A DNA stretch of 64,000 bases from Carcharhinus longimanus (Eukaryota). The notes below the pieces were generated by a model. That model saw only the letters and a list, made by a program, of their open reading frames with translations, had not been told where the DNA came from and did not search any database. Shown piece by piece: positions 1 to 12,198 of this stretch (its first letter is position 1; each line of letters begins with the position of its first letter). Location: positions 65,460,681 to 65,524,680 of the forward strand of contig JASCQW010000132.1 in assembly GCA_030264375.1 (NCBI GenBank), read 5' to 3'. Made by a program: the position numbers and the translations under genes.

Positions 1-16
1 GGTATGAGAGCAAGTT

Positions 17-1106
17 ACAGTGGTTGCTGGAATCTGAAACAAAAACAGAAAATGCTGGAAAATCTCAGCAGGTCTGACAGCATTTGTGGAGAGAGAATGG
101 AGCCAGTGTTTCGAGTCTGGATAACCCTTCATTAGAGCTGAAGACAATAGAAAATAGGATAAGATTTATACTGTTAGAATGAGGAAGGGGTGGGGGGAAT
201 TGACAAAGATGTCATAGACAAAAAGACAAAGGGTGAATGATGGTGATCATGGACAACCTTAAACTTGTAACAAGTGGCCCTGGTGGGTGGGGGGAGGAGG
301 AGACACCGTGGTCAGGGAACAAGGATGGAGAGCGATTTTTTTTTTAGAATGTGGAAAAATGAAATGGTAGAAGAAATGAAAATATAAATAAATAAGTTAA
401 AATGAAATAAAATGAAATTGCGTCAAGGTAGAGGAGAGAGTTCATGCTCTTAAGTTGTTGAACTCAATGTTAGGTTTGGAAGGTTGTAAGTTGGAAGATC
501 AGGCCCTGTTCCTTCAGTTTGCATTGGGCTTCACTGGAACGTTGCAACAGGCCAAGGATGGACGTGTGGAAATGAGAGCAAGATGGTGTGTTAAAATAGC
601 AAGCAGTAGTAAGGTCTTGATCCTGGTTGCGGAAGGACCAAAGATATTCTACAAAGTGGTCACCCAGGGTCGGATTCTTCAACCTCCCCACAACTGGAAT
701 TCTCTGACCCGCCGAAATTAATGAAGATTTGGGTGGTGCCAAATTCTCCATTCTCACTGGCAGCGGTGGGGAGGTGCAAATGGCTGGAGAATTCCTGCCC
801 CAGTCTGTGTTTTATCTGTCTGATGCAGAGTAGAACACATTGGGAGCAGTGAATGCAATAGACCAGACTAAAAATTCAGCACCCTTCTTAGCCATAACCA
901 ACATCATTCACAAGCCCTTTGTTTTTTTGTCTATGACATCTTTGTCAATTCCTCCCTTCCCCTCACCTTAACAGTATAAATCTCATCCTATTTTCTATTG
1001 TCTTCAGCTCTGATGAAAGATCATCCAGACTCAAAACGTTAGCTCTATTTTCTCCCCACAGATGCTGTCAGATCTCCTGAGCTTTTCCAGTATTTTCTGT
1101 TTTTGT
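17..1106 (-). mobile_element. Penelope-like element remnant with inverted terminal segments
   Basis: Positions ~40-240 and ~905-1106 are inverted copies of a hammerhead-containing terminus. The interior minus strand encodes a decayed GIY-YIG C-terminus (ACYFNTPSCSH...QCKLKEQGLIFQL). A short MITE-like insert lies at ~665-800. Confidence 0.75.
1006..1044 (+). ncRNA. Degenerate minimal type I hammerhead ribozyme motif
   Basis: agct-CTGATGA-aagatcatccagactc-AAAA-cg-tt-agct. Helix I is agct/agct and helix III is the palindrome AACGTT. The core GAAA is mutated to AAAA. Confidence 0.6.
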
Positions 1107-1780
1107 GTGAGGCAGAATCAGTTCCCATTCATAAAAAGATTGAGAATGAGAGGAAACAGATTTGAAGTGATTCAGAAAAAAGCAAATGTGATGTGAGAAA
1201 AGTCTTTTTCACATAGCAAATGATTTGACTCTGGAATGCACCGCCTGGAAGTTTGGTGGAGGCTGGTTCAATCCTGGCATTTAAAAAGGCCTGATGATTA
1301 GATGATTACTCGAATAGAAACAATGGGCGGAATTCTTTAGTGTCCCCATGGTGGGTTTTCACTCAGTGGAAGTGATTCACTGTGGACTGCCCACAGTACC
1401 TTCCAGTCCCGCTAAAGTCGATGGTGATTTACATGTGTCTTCAATGCTGCCATCAGGGAGCTCGTGGTGGGGGTTGATGTTGTCAGGATTGAAAGATCCC
1501 ACTGGCGGGAAGGATTGGAGAATTCCCCCCAATGGCCTGAATTTTACCAGCACACCGGCTCTCATGCTGGGGGTAGGCGAGGCTTGGAGAACAGCATTCT
1601 TCGTTGGCCTCGGGCAGGATCGTATGAACCTCTGGTGGATGTGCTAGTAAAATTCCACCCACAGTGTGAGGAAAAGGCCAGAAAAATGACACTACGTCAT
1701 AATGCTCACTTGGTGAACCAGTGCAGACATGATAAGACAAATAACCTCCTTCTGCACCGTAACAGTTTTATGGTTCTGTC
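1107..1780 (+). mobile_element. CR1 LINE 3' fragment interrupted by two tandem MITEs (~1325-1530 and ~1534-1660)
   Basis: CR1-type 3' sequence (ctggaatgcaccgcctggaagtttggtggaggctggttcaatc). The MITEs are bounded by GGGCGGAATTCT...AGAATTCCCCC and GGCCTGAATTTTACCAGCACA...TGTGCTAGTAAAATTCCACCC. Confidence 0.65.
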
Positions 1781-3939
1781 ATGTACAATAGGCAAGAGAG
1801 TTAACCGTGCCAATAGGACATTGTTCTACATTAAGAGCCCTATATGAATACACTTTGTTTTTTCCTTCACCGGCTGTTGCGAGATTTATTGTAAAGCGAT
1901 AGGCTGAGAGTGAAGAATTCAAACAATTGACGTAGGGTCTGGTGCCCAAATAGAGAGTAGTTTGCCCTTGGGTTGACCTTGCAATATACACTTGGCACAT
2001 TTATCTGAGAGAGAAAGTGAAAAATGTACAGTGCACTGAAGGATAGAAGAGGGAAGAGAATTTAAAAAGTTCTTCTTTGCAGCACACATTCTTAAATGTA
2101 CTGAATGGTCTTCCTCTAAAAGGGGGAAATTGAATAGTGCATCTGTAAATATTTGTGAGAGGAAGTTTGTACTTTACCAAAGAACTGAAGGTCAGTCTGA
2201 ATGCGGCCTGAAATCTCATCTTTCAATCGTCATGCTTACCTCAATTCCCAGTGCGGCACAGATGGAGTCAATTATGAGTCCATTAGCTCTTAACTGTTTA
2301 GCTTTTGGATCACATTTTCTCCTGTACTTTGAGTGACTACTTGGCTTTTTTTATCCACTTTACAACCTTTAAAAATTGATTTCTGATTCAAAGGCATGTT
2401 GCGATGGGTTGACTGGCTGCCACCCTTACTGTTTTGGAACAGCCTGTGGTATACTCAGCAACCTTCAGTTAGATTGAAATTTGCTAAGCTTATTCAAATC
2501 AGAATGCTGTGTTGTTAGCATTGCAGGTTGAACAATGTTATTACACTTGTAAGATTAAAATTGTTAAATGGAAGACACTTTGCATATGTCTTCTTAAAAG
2601 CACACAGTCTCAAGCATCTGCTTAAGGGGGCCTGAGTGTTTAAATTGGGTTACTCTAAATAGAAACACTTGACAAAGATTTTGGCTGGAGGAAGTAGTAT
2701 ATTAAAACACTGATTAATTATACTACAACAATTATGCCCAGCAACCATTTATGAATTTTAGTGAACTTGAAATTAGAATGATAGTGTGGATGTTTGGGTT
2801 GGAATCTCATCTGTTCCAACAAGTTCATCCATTAAGAGGGGGATGGCTGGGAATGTAACTGGCCAGCCAAGAGTATCAATGGCATCAGCCTAGCTGAGGT
2901 ATGATAGGCCAGCATTCCAAGTGAAGAAGCGTGCAAAAAGCTGCTTGGGCCAATGGGCCACATCTGTAATGTTTACAAAGTGGTTCTCGTTCAACTCTCC
3001 CGGAATGCCTGCTGTCTTTCATTGTGCAGTTGATTAGGACTCTCTTCTTGGTCATTAAAAGACATTCTAACTTTTAATAACATTAGCAAATGTTTTGTAT
3101 TCACCATTTTTTAATGTAGAAGGCATTCAATGCTATTCTGAAACTTTTGAGGTTTAAGTTTATACACTTCACGTTCTGTTTTCATCTCTTTAGGAAAATT
3201 TTGAATCCAGAAGTTTCACTGGGCTCGGTACATGCGTCAAAGTGACATTTACATGACCCCTGGACACCTTTTACTGCTTGTCACATTATATTCTATTCTA
3301 CCTTGGCTACATCCAAACATAGGTTTTTTTTTTAACAATACAAATACAATAGAAAAAACTGCAAATGCTGGAATTCTGAAATAAAACAGAAAATTTGGAA
3401 ATACTCAGCAGGTCAGACAACATCTGAGGAGAGGAAAAAAATAAAATTTCACATTGAAAGCTCACAGATCTTTACTATGTTTGTGGCTCAGAGAGTAAGG
3501 AATATTGTGGCACACAGTCTTTCTGCATAAATTTCAAACTGCTGATATCCTGATTTCAGTCATATTTGGAGGCCACAATCTTTTTTGCTAGGGTATAGTC
3601 TAATTTTGAGGTTTAATTTGTTTATTACAGCATTCATACCCAAGCACCAGCAGACATTATCAAAACGTCTAGATATAACCATTGCTTTCTCTTCAATTAT
3701 ATTATTTTCTCATTGCTCCTTTAGTCCGTTTTCTCGTTTTTGAATGGAAGAAGAGATATGATACATTAATGTGTAATAGGCTGTATGAAAACACATATGT
3801 ACCACTTAATTTATATAACCTTCATCCTACCAATGTTTCCAAATTGGAAATTCCTTGCAATTGTTGATAACAATGCTACTTTCACTTTATTTACTTAGTA
3901 ATTACAACTACTAAGCTGTCTAGCTGATTAAGAAACTTC

Positions 3940-4602
3940 AGAGACGATTCTCCCAAAAGTGCTGAATTGGTGGGAAGACTGTTCTAAATCATAACAGTTT
4001 TTTTCAGACCTGAATTTCCTCACTCTGTGCATTGCAGAGGTCGCAGTCGAGAACTTTATTAAAAACCCGGGGGACTGGGGCCTAGTCGCGCCGGAGTCTG
4101 ACAGCACCGGAACTCTGCGCATGTGCAGTGGCCCCGATCTGTCAGTCTGCCCGTTTGCTGGCCAACTCAATTGCTGGCCAGTCCGGGACCCCCGGAATAT
4201 TGCCCCTCCAGCAATTTTTTTTTCCTTTCATCATGTATAATTCATTGGATATGAATCTTTTCTTCCCTTATTGTTATGAAGTTACTGAGCAATCAGGCCG
4301 GGCGTGGGAACGGGGGCATGTTGGAGGGGCAGCACTCTGGGGGTCCCGGGTTGGCCAGCGATCGAGCTAGCCAGCAAACAGGGAGACTGCCAGATCAGGG
4401 CCATTGCACATGCGCAGAGTTCCAGAGCTGTCAGACTCCGGCGCGAATAGGCCCCAGTCCCCTAGGTTTTTAATGAGATTCCCGATTGTGACCTCTGCAT
4501 TGCACAGAGTGCAGAGATTCAGGTCTGAAACTGCACTGAAAAAACAGTCATGACCTAGAATAGTTTTCCCACCAATTCAGCACTTTTGGGAGTATCGCCC
4601 CC
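3940..4602. mobile_element. Fold-back MITE with ~250 bp inverted arms (PIF/Harbinger-like)
   Basis: 3940-4192 is the imperfect reverse complement of 4339-4602. A related copy starts at ~12200. Confidence 0.85.
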
Positions 4603-4882
4603 AATATTTCTCAGGCACCCAAAATTAACTGTTGCTTTCACTGGTAAATTAATCTATGGCAGAATTTTTGCACTCATCAAAACACAAACTTTGTCATTAC
4701 TCCAATTAACTCTATTTTAGATATATATAGAACATGTACATATGAAACAGATCTTCTACTCTCTTTGAATTACAATCAGTTTTTTCTAACTTCTGACAAG
4801 TCTTTCTTTCTCTTCAGCCTGGAATTGCCCCCTGCTTTGGTTGACAGGACTTTAGCCATATCTAACCCGTTTTCTGCAGTCG

Positions 4883-5336
4883 TAGAATCATAGATATCAT
4901 AGAAACCCTACAGTGCAGAAGAAAGCCATTCAGCCCATCGAGTCTGCACCGAGCACAATCCCACCTAGGCCCTACCTCCATATCCCTACATATTTACCCA
5001 GTAATCCCTCTAACCTATGCATCTCACGACTCTAAAAGACAATTTTTTTTCAGCNNNNNNNNNNNNNNNNNNNNNNNNNNNNNNNNNNNNNNNNNNNNNN
5101 NNNNNNNNNNNNNNNNNNNNNNNNNNNNNNNNNNNNNNNNNNNNNNNNNNNNNNTCATGGCCAATCAACCCGCACATCTTTGGACTATGGGAGGAAACCA
5201 GAGCACCTGGAGGAAACCCACACAGACACGAGAAGAATGTGCAAACTCCACATAGACTGTGACCCAAGCTGGGAATCAAACCCACATCCTTGGAGCTGTG
5301 AAGCAGCAATGCTAACCATTGTGCTACCATGCCGCC
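4883..5336 (-). mobile_element. HE1-like V-SINE with CR1-derived tail (spans an assembly gap)
   Basis: tRNA-like head (ggcggcatggtagcacaatggttagc...ggtttgattcc), V-core (tgtggagtttgcacattct...tgggtttcctcc), and a tail ending in TTCTATG-like repeats. Confidence 0.85.
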
Positions 5337-5349
5337 CTATCCTCATCCC

Positions 5350-6400
5350 TTCCTCTCACTCCCTCCCTCTTCGAACCATGCTAGCATGCCCTTTGTCTTT
5401 CTTTTGTACCCCACCAGCCTCCATGTTCAAAGAATTACCCTTTGTCATTTCCCTAGCATGATGCCACCACCAAACACATCTTTCCCTCACCTCTCCTGCC
5501 AGCAGTCTGCAAGGACTGTTCCCTCCACAACATCTGGGTCCACTCCTCTATCATCCCCAACATTTCATCACCTTCCCGCAGCATTTTCCAAAGCAATCAC
5601 AGAATGTGTTATACCTGCCCCTTTACATCCTCTCTCCTCATTGTCCAGGAGCCAAAACATTCCTTCCGGGTTAAGCAATGATTTACTTGTATGTCTTTCA
5701 ATGTAGTCTACTGTATTTGCTACTCACAATGTTGTCTCCAGACCAGGTGATTGTTTGCAGATCACTTAAGCTTAGCATGTAAGCATGACCCTGACCTTCC
5801 AGTTGTTTGCCATTTCAATTCACCTTCGTGCTGCAAAGCTCATATTTCTGTCCTCAGTCTATTACAATTATAGTGTTCAAGTGAAGCCTACACCAGCTGG
5901 AGGAACAGCAATTCAACTTCTAATTAGGTACTTTGCAGCCTTCTGGATTCAACATTGAGTTCAACAACTTCAAGCCATGAATTCTCCCCTCCATTTTGAT
6001 TTTTTTCGCCCTGATCCAGTCTGTATCTTGTTCTCGTGGTTTTGCTTTCAGAGCGCGCTGGTCTTTATTTTGCTGTTATCACCTTCTGCTATTTTGCTTT
6101 CAGATAGTATTGACCCTTTTTCTGCAATCAACACCTGTTCTAACCAAGCTTTCTGTCTTTAATACTACCACTACCATTCCCTTTACATGTGTTCCATAAT
6201 GTCTTGTCATTTTATCTCCTTCACTCCGTAAACTATCCTTGACGTCTTTTACTCCACCTGCTCCTCCCTTCTTTTTCAGCAGCACAAAACCCATCACATT
6301 CCTACCTCTCTTCAGTTCTGATGAAGAGTCATATTGGACTCAAAATATGAACTGTCTCTACAGATGCTGCCAAATCTGATGAGTTTTTCCAACACTTATG
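5350..6400 (+). mobile_element. Penelope-like element 3' remnant (GIY-YIG region plus hammerhead terminus)
   Basis: Decayed GIY-YIG-like coding sequence (VYCICYSQC; ctggaggaacagca...ttgcagccttctggattcaacattgagttc), homologous to the elements at 17-1106 and 29010-30125. Confidence 0.75.
6313..6354 (+). ncRNA. Degenerate minimal hammerhead ribozyme motif
   Basis: cagtt-CTGATGA-a-gagtc-atattg-gactc-AAAA-tatg-aactg. Helix I and helix II pair perfectly. The core GAAA is mutated. Confidence 0.6.
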
Positions 6401-6934
6401 TTTTAATCCAGTTTTTGATTTATGTTTCTAAATTCATGAGCTTCACTGCACTGAATTGCTCTCTTCTATTTTATCATATGTGTTTTCTTATCAATTATAG
6501 CAGTCAGAGCACCTTTAATGCAGGTTTAATAGAATTTTCTTTCTCACAATGCTCTTCCTCATGTATCTCTGTTACCAAAACAACGGCATTTCTTGCCTTG
6601 AGGTTTTTTTTGTCCATTTGTTTTGATTTCATTGCATAATATTAACTTTTGACAGCAGACCTTTGGCTTATTCCACATATTCAAACTAAGTGATGACATA
6701 TTTAGCAGGCAAAAACTTACCGTAAACCTCAGAGAGAGACTTCCTTTGCTGGATGTGTCAAAAAACATGATTGGCTTAAAAATTTCCTGGTTTGGTTGGG
6801 TTCAAACCTAGCGGATCTAATATTTCTTGCTAGTTTTCTCTCGCACACAATTTTCTCTCTTTTTTTCTTTAGACATCATTTGCTAGTTTCCGATGTTTTC
6901 CCAAAGGGCTGACCTATTATTAATCTTTGCAGCA

Positions 6935-7590
6935 ATGCAGGAAGGTTATATTCCAGCTGTGCAGGGCACTGGTGAGACCAAAAAAGTAAAAGTAGGGAGG
7001 TCTTGCTGCAGCTGTATAGGGCACTGGTGAGGCCACAGCTGGAGTACTGTGTGCAGTTTTGGTNNNNNNNNNNNNNNNNNNNNNNNNNNNNNNNNNNNNN
7101 NNNNNNNNNNNNNNNNNNNNNNNNNNNNNNNNNNNNNNNNNNNNNNNNNNNNNNNNNNNNNNNTTATTGAATGGCGGGGCAGGCTCGAGGGGCTAGATGG
7201 CCTACTCCTGCTCCTATTTCTTATGTTCTTAAGTTCTTAAATCTGATGTACTGTGTACAGTATTGGGTAAGATACTCTTCTGAAGAGTCGGTACAGACCT
7301 GATGGGATGACTGGCCTCCATTTGCACTGTAGGGATTTTATGTTTCTAAAATTTTTCGTCTCAGAGGGTTTGAACTGTCTTCTTCAAAAGACAGTGGAAA
7401 CAAAGTCTTTAAATTTTTTAAGGCAGCACTAGATAGATCTTTGATAATCAAGGAGTGAAAGGCTATTGAGGGTATGCAGAAATATGGAGTTGGGGTTACA
7501 ATCGGATCAATCTTAATCTTATTGAATGATGGAGCATGCTTGATGGGCAGATTGGTCTACTCCTGCTCCAAATTGATATGTCCGTATGTA
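6935..7590 (+). mobile_element. CR1 LINE 3' fragments
   Basis: LLQLYRALVRPQLEYCVQFW motif at ~7000-7060. CR1 tails of the form gaatggcggggcaggctcgaggggctagatggcctactcctgctcc. Confidence 0.85.
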
Positions 7591-7649
7591 TATCTTTTCT
7601 TTCAATTTTATACCATCCTTTACACATAGCTAGCCACAGATTGTGTTTT

Positions 7650-9000
7650 CTTTTCTTAGCCAATTGAATTTCTTACCTCCACCCAAACTGATTCAACATT
7701 TTGATCCTCTGAACCAATATAATTTCTCAATACTGTATTGATCTTGTCCATTACTAACAGAGCTACCCCACCTCCCTTTCCTTTCTTCCTGTCCTTTAAA
7801 ATGTCAAATGGCCCTGAAAATTCAGGTCCCAACTGTGGTGACTTTACGACCATATCTTTGTTGAGAAGTATTTCAAATATCTCTTATGAAGTATTTCCTT
7901 AAATGTCTGCCACTGTTTCTCTGCTGTATAAACTACTTCCACTTGTGCCTGTTTTGCCTTAAGTTTGCCTTTATTTAAGTTTAAAACATCAGTTACAGGT
8001 GAAAAATGTGGGACTGACTCTAAAGGTGAAATGTCATCATTTTATGATCACGCTTATCTCAGGCATACTTTACTATGAGGTATTCAATTAATTATAGAAT
8101 CAGTGCAGAAGGAGGCCATTTGGCATATTGAGCCTGCACTGACAACAATCCCACCCGAGCCCTATGCCCATAACCCCACGTGTTTACCCTATTAATCCAC
8201 CTGACACTAAGGAGTAATTTAGCATAGCCAATCCACCTAACCTGCACATCTTTGGAATGTGGAAGGAAACTGGAGCACCCGGAGGAAACCGGGGAGACAC
8301 GGAGAGAATGTGCAAACACCACACAGTCACCTGAGGCTAGAATTGAACTGGTGCTGTGGGGCAATAATACTAACTACTCTGCCATCTACTGATCCTGCCT
8401 CACTACACATTGCTGGGTCTAACCTAGCCTGATGTATTGTTCTAAGAAATGGTGTCAAATACAGTCTATGAATCCATCCTCCAGGCTATGTTTGCCATTG
8501 AATTTGTCTAATCTATATGAAGATTAAAATCTCCCACAATGACTGCAGTACAAGTCCTCATTAATTTGTGATTTATACTTCATTCTATAATGTGATACTG
8601 TCATGGGGCTTATAAACCTCTGCCACTGGTGTCCTGTTTCATTTGTTATTTCTTACCTCCACCCAATATCATTTCTCAATACTATACTAATCTCATCTAT
8701 TATTAACAGAGCTCCCCCATCTCCCTTTCCTTTCTTTCTATCCTTTAAAAATGTCAAATGCCCCTGAAAATTCAGGTCCCAACTGTAATGACTTCACAAT
8801 CATATCTCTATAATGGCTATCATATCACATTTCTTTATTTCTATTTGTGCTATCAATTCACTCATCTTGTTATGATTGTTGCATGCATTCAGATAAACAG
8901 CATTTAATTTTGTCTTTTACTATTTTTCCCTACCTTGACATTTGCTGGTGTTCTCTTGTGTTTATGCATTCTGTCCCTTCCTGTCATGTTTTGCACATTA
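7650..9000 (-). mobile_element. Decayed CR1 ORF2 endonuclease fragments (locally duplicated) with a nested HE1-like SINE at ~8093-8385
   Basis: Minus strand reads KDRKKGKGGGVALLV...VESVWVEVRN, an APE motif. The nested SINE head and core match 4883-5336. Confidence 0.75.
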
Positions 9001-9189
9001 TCACCCATATTGCTAAGCCATGATATTACCTTCTCTTTTCTCTTTAACTTCCAAACAGTGATGTTAACTAAACAAATTTGGAACTAACTATTGTCAGGTT
9101 CTATCGCTGTAGCTTTTTCCTTCACCTGCTGATCTTATTTTCTTAGAGCCCTGCCTCCTTCCTTCCTCCACTTTTCCTTCCAACAATCA

Positions 9190-10860
9190 GCACAAGAAGC
9201 TCATAATTTCTTTGTCACTAAGACCAAGACCATCCAATTAGCTACCTTTACGACCCATCCTCCCATTTCTGAATTTCCTCTAAAATTCTGTCATGCTGTC
9301 ATTGAGCTCACCTTTCCATGAGACTCACTTCCTTCTCCCTGACCCTTATTCCCACTAAACACCTGACCACAAATTTCTCCTCTTCACCTCCATGTTAGCC
9401 AATAGTGTTGACAACCCTCTCTTTTCAGGTTTTGTCCTTCTCTTCTATTAAATCTACCCACATCATTCTGTCCTCAGAAAAAATCCATGATCCCACCTTC
9501 CTTCCCAGCTATCATCCCGACTATAAATTTCCTTTTCACTCAAGTCTTTGAACATGTGACAATCTCTCACATCCATACTCATCTTTTACAGAATTCCATG
9601 TTTGAATCTCTCCAATCAGGTTTCCACCAGTACTGAAATGGCCCTTATCAAAATCACAAGTGGCACCCTATATGTGACAAAGGTAAATATTCCCTTCTTG
9701 ACTTGTCTGCAGCCTTTGATTTGGTTGACTACACCATCCTCTGATGTTTATTCATTGCCACCCAGCTGGGTGGGACTGCTCACCCATGGGCTTGTTCTTA
9801 TCTATCTAGATATCTAGTCAGAGAATTATTTGTAATGATTTTTCTTCCTGTTCTTGCAGCATTACTTCTGACATCCCCCAAGGATCTAGCCTTGGCCCCC
9901 TATTTGTCAGCTCATCACTCTATCCTCAGCCACATTATCTAAAAGCTTAATGTTAATTTTCATATGCATGCTAATCTCACCCAACTCTACCTCACTACTA
10001 CCTCTCTTAACTACTTCACTGTTGCTAAACTATGAGACTGTTTATCCAACATCCAGTACTGGATGAGCAGAAATTTCCCCAAATAACACTAGGAAGTCTG
10101 AAAATCTCCTGTTCCTGCTACACATTCCATTCCCCAGTTACTAACTGCATCCTTCTTCCTAAAATTATGTTAGATTGTTCACAACCTTGATGGCAAACTT
10201 AACCTCAAGATGAGCTTCCAACCTTATATTTGTGTCATCACTAAGAGACCATCCACAGCCACTTTCATAACTTAACTTACCTCTGCTACTGGCTTAACTC
10301 ATCAGCTATGAAAACCCTCATTTGTGCCTTTGTTACTTCTACACATGACTATTTCAATGCACTCCTGGTTGATCTCCTGCATTCTACCCTTTTTAAACTT
10401 GAAGTCATCCAATACTTTGCTACTTGTGTCCTTACTTGCCCCAAGTCCCACTCTGCCATCACTTCTGTGCTCACTGACCACATTGACTCCCAGTCAAGCA
10501 ATGTCTTGATTTTAAAATTCTCATTCTTGTTTCCAAATCCCTAGACGTTCTTCCTTCTCCCTATCTCTGCAATCCCCTCCAGCCTCCAACCCTCCGAGAT
10601 ACCTGCACATTTATACCTTGGCCTCTTGAGCACCCCAGTTTTAACCACGGCACCATTAGTCATCATGCATTTAGCTGCCAAGGCTGAAATTCCCTCCGGA
10701 AACTTCATTATCTCCTTGTTCATTTAAAATACTGCTTAAAACTTACTTTTATGTTCAAGTTTTTGGCCACCTGCCCTGATATCGCACATTATCTAATTTT
10801 GCTTCCTCATGCCTCTATGAGGCATCTTGGGACATTTCATAAAAGGTGTTATATAAGTTG
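9190..10860 (+). mobile_element. Old L2-clade LINE reverse transcriptase/3' remnant
   Basis: Degenerate motifs QSGF..STEMALIK, LDLSAAFD-like (cttgacttgtctgcagcctttga), PQGS-LGP (ccccaaggatctagccttggccccc), and LICAFVTSTHDYFNALL. Confidence 0.75.
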
Positions 10861-11664
10861 TATTACTTTTGAATTTGTTTTTTGTGTCACACAACATGAA
10901 GAAAAGCACATGAGTTTCAGAATGGAAATTTGAACTAATGAAATAGCCAATATATGTATGGGAAACTGATGTATGGAAAACCTGTCATTTTAAATTGAGA
11001 TTCTAACAGCTGTTTGCCGGGTTGTGAATCTCTTTGACGGCATCTCATGGGGAATTGTGGCCATTTGAATATTTTATGCCACTCTTTTCCCTGTTGTTTG
11101 TGGCTTGCAGGGTAACAGACACAAAAGGTTTCATGAACATTTCCTTTATCATAGAAAAATAAAATAAGACAAATTTCCTTTCCTGGTGTCCATTTAAAAA
11201 CATGCAATTAATAAGGAGCTCTGCTTTCGTGAGTCATGGGAGTGCCTGTTTAATGGGTACTCCATGTAAATGTGAGAAACATTAAAAAATTGGTTCTGTA
11301 AGGCCAGGGAAATCTGGGCCACAAATGGCTGGCTAGCCCGCCCAGCTTTGCCTACAGTCCACTATAATCACTGTACTTACTTTTGCAGTGTTGGCACATT
11401 TGAATAATTGACATGAGCTCTTACCTGTGAAGCAAGCTGTGTCACACTGCCACTATGCAGTAGCAACACAAGTGATATTTACCTCTAACAGGATGCTGCT
11501 TTCAAGCCTTTCACAGTAGAGTAAAGTGGTACATGAAGTGCTAGATATGTTGGTTGTATGTCTCAAAGACTGAATCATATCAAACAGCATGTCCCTTCTG
11601 CTGCTGTAATGGGCAAGGTACAGAACTTACCCAACCAGCTCATGCTTTCAATATGTAAAACATA

Positions 11665-11790
11665 GGCCCTAATTCAACCAGCAGAGCTGCCCCGAGATCA
11701 GGGCGGATGTGGCTCGCAGAACGACATTTCCCGTTTGCCTTGGGCATGATCTTAGGAGCCTCGGGTAGCTGTGCTGGTTAAATCAGGGTC
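11665..11790. mobile_element. Short MITE (126 bp)
   Basis: TIRs GGCCCTAATTCAACCAGCA / TGCTGGTTAAATCAGGGTC, flanked by ATA on both sides. Related to 1534-1660. Confidence 0.7.
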
Positions 11791-12198
11791 ATAGTGACCA
11801 GCATGAGATGTGATTCTGTAACTGGACAACATTTGCTAAAATTTACGCTGACAACCAATTTAAGATTGTTAGATAAGCTCGTGGTGCGGTATATTTGCAT
11901 GTACTGGAAGCTACGTATATTAATACACAAAGCCTTGTTCTTTGTAGACAGAAAGAACAGAGCCACAAATTGCACCTGCTTCAACTAAACAAAATATGTG
12001 ATAGCCATTCACTGATTCATTACACAAGGCAATGCCTTGATTAATCAGAGTTAAGCTATCTGGTTTAAATTTCAAATAATGTATCGCAGTTAACTGTCAG
12101 ACACCATCAACAGATGCATTCTGCATGGCAATGTTTCTACCAATCAGAGCCCACTTGTGAACTCATCAGCACCCTCTTCTCATACAGTATAAAGGTAA

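Noticed and set aside
5270-5336. tRNA-like A/B boxes (also at ~28400-28462 and ~56122-56180)
   Set aside because: These are SINE heads joined to V-SINE cores, not tRNA genes.
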